A DNA stretch of 38,552 nt from contig PLNZ01000273.1 in the NCBI GenBank assembly GCA_003142915.1, positions 1-38,552 of the forward strand. Reading direction: 5' to 3'. Positions 35,594-38,552 of this stretch are shown here, piece after piece (the first letter of the stretch is position 1; every line of letters starts with the position of its first letter). The stretch comes from Ignavibacteriales bacterium. Its GTDB lineage: Bacteria; Bacteroidota; Ignavibacteria; Ignavibacteriales; Ignavibacteriaceae. The translations under genes were made by a program, and so were the position numbers. Under the pieces are notes generated by a model. It was not told where the DNA came from. It saw only the letters and a list, made by a program, of their open reading frames with translations, and did not search any database.

Positions 35594-37329
35594 TGTGCGG
35601 CATATGTGGATTATGGGGCAATAATAACCCTGAAAAAACGACCGTAATGTTAAATGCAATAAGCCATCGTGGTCCCGATGGCAGCAACATTGCGATTTAC
35701 CCATGGGGTGCTCTTGGGTTTTGCAGGTTAGATATCTTTGGCGCTTCTGGCATTAATCAGCCGGCACTTTCCAGTGATGGGAAAACAGCAATAGTTTTTA
35801 ATGGCGAGATTTACAATTTCAAAGAACTCATATCAAAACTTCCTGCCTATAAGCAAATCAATGATGAAGCCTCTCTTATTTTAGAATTATATCTATTGTT
35901 TGGTGAACAATGCTTCACAATGCTTAAAGGTATGTTCGCAATCGCGATCATGGCCCCCGACAAAATCTTTTTAGCGCGAGACGCTGTTGGTATTAAACCT
36001 CTTGTCTACTATACCGCTAATAATTGTATATATTTTGCCTCAGAGATAAAAGCATTGCTCAGAATAAAAGATGACATGATTGAAATAGATGATGAGGCTT
36101 TAGCTGAAACAGCGGTTTTTGGTTTTATATTTGATCTGGAAAAAACGATGTTTAAAGGGATTAAACAGATACGTCCGGGATGTTTCATCAAATATCAAGA
36201 TAACAAAATAAGCACTGAGCGGTTTCATACTCTAAAGTCTTCATATTATGATGATAAGATTGCAGAGAAAATATTCATCGATGATTTCAGCAACCTTATG
36301 GATAAATCAACCCAATGTCAGATTAATCATTCCAAGCATCCTCAAGCAATCTATCTTTCCGGTGGTATTGATTCTGCATTGATGACATATTTCATGCGGA
36401 AAAATTCAGCGGATACTATTTATACATATAATTTATTCGATTCAGAAAACAACGAAGACAGGCGCTATGCCGCTTTGGTCTCCAAAGCTTTTAAAACAGA
36501 CCATGTTGAACACAAAACAAATGTGGCGGAATGCTTAAATTTTTTTGACCATTATCTCTATCATTATGAGTCACTGGTAACTGATGGTATTTTTAATGTA
36601 CTTGGTAGTCTTGCCTTTCATTTATTGTCATATCAGATTAGTAAGAAATTTAAAGTAGCTTACTGTGGTGAAGGCGCGGATGAGCTCTTTGGCGGTTACT
36701 ATTGGATGCATACACATCCTCTTGGTTTTGCCGACAGAATCCGTATGAGATCAAAAAAAGTCAATTATGGGAAAACAAAGATCAATGAATATATAATGGA
36801 TAAATTTCCGCCAGATGATTCTAAAGAAAAAGAAATGCAGAGAGAAATATTCGATATCTTGATGGGTCCAGGATTAACAAACTGCCACCTGTGGAGCGTT
36901 GATCGATCAAGCTCCGCATTCTCTTTTGAAGCAAGACCATTTTATTTATATGATGATATTAGAGATTGGGCACTCTCTCTACCTATTGAAAATAAAGTAA
37001 AGGATAAAAATAACACAAAATTAGTCTTGAAAAGATATGCCCATAAATCCGACTGTCAACTATTAAATGATATTGCTTCGCGAAAAAAAATTGGAATGCC
37101 GGCAGCCTTGTCTACCGCTATGAACAAACTTATTTCATATTCGGAAGATAATTATAGAAGTATCAAGGATACGCGCAATTTACCACACAAAGCATATTCT
37201 TCTTTTTTCAACACTGATTTAGAAAAAATGCTTTTCGATAGGTTTTATAACATATTCGTTAGTAATAGAGGGAAAATGATATACGAGGGCACAGATGCTA
37301 CGGTACCCGTGTTGCAAACCCTGATCTAA
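35593..37329 (+). CDS. Asparagine synthetase B-like glutamine amidotransferase/adenylating enzyme
   Basis: N-terminal nucleophile MCGICG and PP-loop YLSGGIDSALM. TAATG overlap with the upstream gene. Confidence 0.85.
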   Translation: MCGICGLWGNNNPEKTTVMLNAISHRGPDGSNIAIYPWGALGFCRLDIFGASGINQPALSSDGKTAIVFNGEIYNFKELISKLPAYKQINDEASLILELYLLFGEQCFTMLKGMFAIAIMAPDKIFLARDAVGIKPLVYYTANNCIYFASEIKALLRIKDDMIEIDDEALAETAVFGFIFDLEKTMFKGIKQIRPGCFIKYQDNKISTERFHTLKSSYYDDKIAEKIFIDDFSNLMDKSTQCQINHSKHPQAIYLSGGIDSALMTYFMRKNSADTIYTYNLFDSENNEDRRYAALVSKAFKTDHVEHKTNVAECLNFFDHYLYHYESLVTDGIFNVLGSLAFHLLSYQISKKFKVAYCGEGADELFGGYYWMHTHPLGFADRIRMRSKKVNYGKTKINEYIMDKFPPDDSKEKEMQREIFDILMGPGLTNCHLWSVDRSSSAFSFEARPFYLYDDIRDWALSLPIENKVKDKNNTKLVLKRYAHKSDCQLLNDIASRKKIGMPAALSTAMNKLISYSEDNYRSIKDTRNLPHKAYSSFFNTDLEKMLFDRFYNIFVSNRGKMIYEGTDATVPVLQTLI

Positions 37330-37416
37330 ATATTCCCTGATTGAAACAACTTAATCCTCGCAAAAAATTTTGTCAAAACAGGTCTCCGCAGGATGACTCC
37401 TATCCTTTCTCGCAAG

Positions 37417-37575
37417 TTATAAAAGGCGGTTTTTTCTCGGTTTCCATATTATGGCTTTTTCAAAAAAATTGGCATCTAACGAAGGAATATCTGAATAATC
37501 TATATCCTCATCTTTCATAGCATTAATCGGAGGCCAATCTGTTTTTGATTTCTTTTCCATACCTTGTTTTTTCAT
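37417..37575 (-). CDS. BrnA-like small antitoxin-family protein (tentative)
   Basis: KTDWPPINAMKDEDIDYSDIPSLDANFFEKA resembles BrnA-type proteins. The start is set at the internal ATG because the longer ORF overlaps the PIN gene. No clear SD. Confidence 0.4.
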   Translation of the reverse strand: MKKQGMEKKSKTDWPPINAMKDEDIDYSDIPSLDANFFEKAIIWKPRKNRLL

Positions 37576-37604
37576 TTTTTCGTCTTTTTTTTGACAGAAT
37601 CCTA

Positions 37605-38006
37605 TTACAAAACTGAATTTATCAGGATGACATTCACACCTTTTTTTTTGTACAGACAAAGATGTGGATCAACGGTATAAATTATCGCGGCGTTATATTT
37701 TATAAAGCCGGAGAGTATTAAGGAGTCAGACATATGAAGACCGAGGCCATGAGATAGATTGGCAGCTGTCATAAATATTTCCAAATCGTCTAGCCAAGCA
37801 ATGTTGCAAATATTCTTTATAGCTTCCAATAAAGTATCAACGGAATGACTATCAATTGAACCTTTAAGGGCAAGCTTTTTCAGCTCATACAAAGAAATGC
37901 AGGAGACAACGGAGTCCTCCCCCTCCAATATTTCATTCCATACTTCCGAAGTCTGCTTATTGCCTTTGATAAGCTCGATAAAAAAGCCGGTATCAATACC
38001 TATCAT
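37605..38006 (-). CDS. vapC: PIN-domain toxin (VapC-like)
   Basis: 133 aa. MIGIDTGFFIE N-terminal acidic motif, later LYELKK and HMSDSLIL. 14-nt overlap with the upstream antitoxin gene. Confidence 0.75.
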   Translation of the reverse strand: MIGIDTGFFIELIKGNKQTSEVWNEILEGEDSVVSCISLYELKKLALKGSIDSHSVDTLLEAIKNICNIAWLDDLEIFMTAANLSHGLGLHMSDSLILSGFIKYNAAIIYTVDPHLCLYKKKGVNVILINSVL

Positions 38007-38229
38007 GCGACTCGGCCCTCATGGTTTCTATGTCTTTATGAATGTCTTTGGAAACACGCGCCTTGCCGATAAGACCTAAAACTTTCATTCCACTTTCCCT
38101 TTTCTTTTTTAGAAGAACGTAATTCTGGACAGCATCAGTTATCACTGAAGATACAGACTTTTTTTCATTGTCTGCGAAAGTTTTAACGACCCTTCCAATG
38201 TTGTCGGGAATGTTTGCCGTTATTCTCAT
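37993..38229 (-). CDS. vapB: Antitoxin (RHH/AbrB-like, VapB-type)
   Basis: 78 aa. MRITANIPDNIGRVVKTFADNEKKSVSSVITDAVQNY. GGAGATGG SD upstream. Operonic with the PIN gene. Confidence 0.65.
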   Translation of the reverse strand: MRITANIPDNIGRVVKTFADNEKKSVSSVITDAVQNYVLLKKKRESGMKVLGLIGKARVSKDIHKDIETMRAESHDRY

Positions 38230-38248
38230 TTTTCCATCTCCTTAAATA

Positions 38249-38270
38249 ATTATGCGCTTACATTATGCGC
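38249..38270. promoter_or_regulatory. Candidate antitoxin operator (direct repeat ATTATGCGC x2)
   Basis: ATTATGCGC occurs at 38249-38257 and 38262-38270. The second copy forms the palindrome ATGCGCAT. Both lie between a minus-strand TTGACA (about 38283-38288) and the vapB start. Confidence 0.35.
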
Positions 38271-38552
38271 ATTATATTAAAATGTCAATAAAAGTTTTAT
38301 AGAATGATTTGATAAACTAAAACTTTTTCTATCATGAGAATCCCTCCAATAAAAAATATAACTAAATCTGGTGTCCATATAGTGTCCATGAGAGAGCTAA
38401 ATTGGGCTAAAACGACCTGATAGAATCTAAAACAGAAACAATGGAAAACACTTTATATTAGGATGACTTAAGAGGTAAATTGACTGACTTCGGGAAGTTG
38501 CGAAAAAGCCCAAAATCAGATTCGTGGTTCGAATGTGACGCCAGTGTTCAGC

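Noticed and set aside
35593-37329. AsnB homolog as a lasso-peptide cyclase (lasso RiPP cluster)
   Set aside because: The cluster has no transglutaminase-like leader protease. The precursor core has no Gly/Ala/Ser-1 with an Asp/Glu-7-9 ring logic. The Cys-rich core together with SPASM enzymes points elsewhere.
38275-38300. AAAATGTCAATAAAAG resembling the start of the module box (AAAATGTCACAAAA)
   Set aside because: Only about 10 nt match and the downstream AAACTCGCTATAAT is absent. It is more simply the -35 region (TTGACA on the minus strand) of the vapBC promoter.
38500-38552. GGTTCGAAT, a tRNA T-loop-like motif, at the window end
   Set aside because: The flanking bases do not form a T-stem (CGTGG against GTGAC). 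No acceptor or anticodon arms can be drawn, and the window ends before anything could be confirmed.

Overview
AT-rich, mosaic, fully accessory window with no housekeeping genes. The standard genetic code applies, since TGA is used as a stop. Contents from left to right:

1. 259-6542 (minus strand): a tightly overlapping four-gene operon of a NurA-like nuclease, a HerA-like ATPase, a GHKL (Hsp90/MORC-like) ATPase and a B12-type radical SAM protein. A BglII-family nuclease-fold gene (6757-7335) is transcribed divergently from it. I read this as a candidate uncharacterised defence system.

2. About 7500-14480: a roughly 7 kb integrative-element backbone. It carries a promoter box, small ORFs, a long palindrome, an ArdC-like protein, a structured GC-rich spacer, a primase-like zinc-ribbon protein, a secreted/membrane protein and a large serine recombinase.

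3. 14.3-26.7 kb, directly downstream of the recombinase: an array of conserved ~0.5 kb modules. Each module holds a promoter box, a small MLTLEQ ORF, a copy of the last ~90 bp of the recombinase gene, and a tail with an antisense promoter and a hairpin terminator. The modules alternate with unique cargo: four orphan minus-strand genes, a 5.8 kb GC-richer MarR/heterodimeric ABC exporter segment containing pseudogene debris, and a Fic gene. It looks like an integron-like or MITE-like system built on a serine recombinase.

4. 26893-37329: a ten-gene, translationally coupled plus-strand operon. It joins RiPP-type machinery (two rSAM/SPASM enzymes, a PqqD-like protein, a 53-aa CxxCxxCxxC precursor that is absent from the ORF track, a prenyltransferase-like toroid protein, a glycosyltransferase and an AsnB-like amidotransferase) to nucleotide-type enzymes (a P-loop kinase, a PHP phosphoesterase and a 915-aa dGTPase-like HD protein).

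5. 37.4-38.3 kb: a VapBC-like toxin-antitoxin pair plus a small BrnA-like ORF.

All functional calls come from motifs read by eye. No database search was run.
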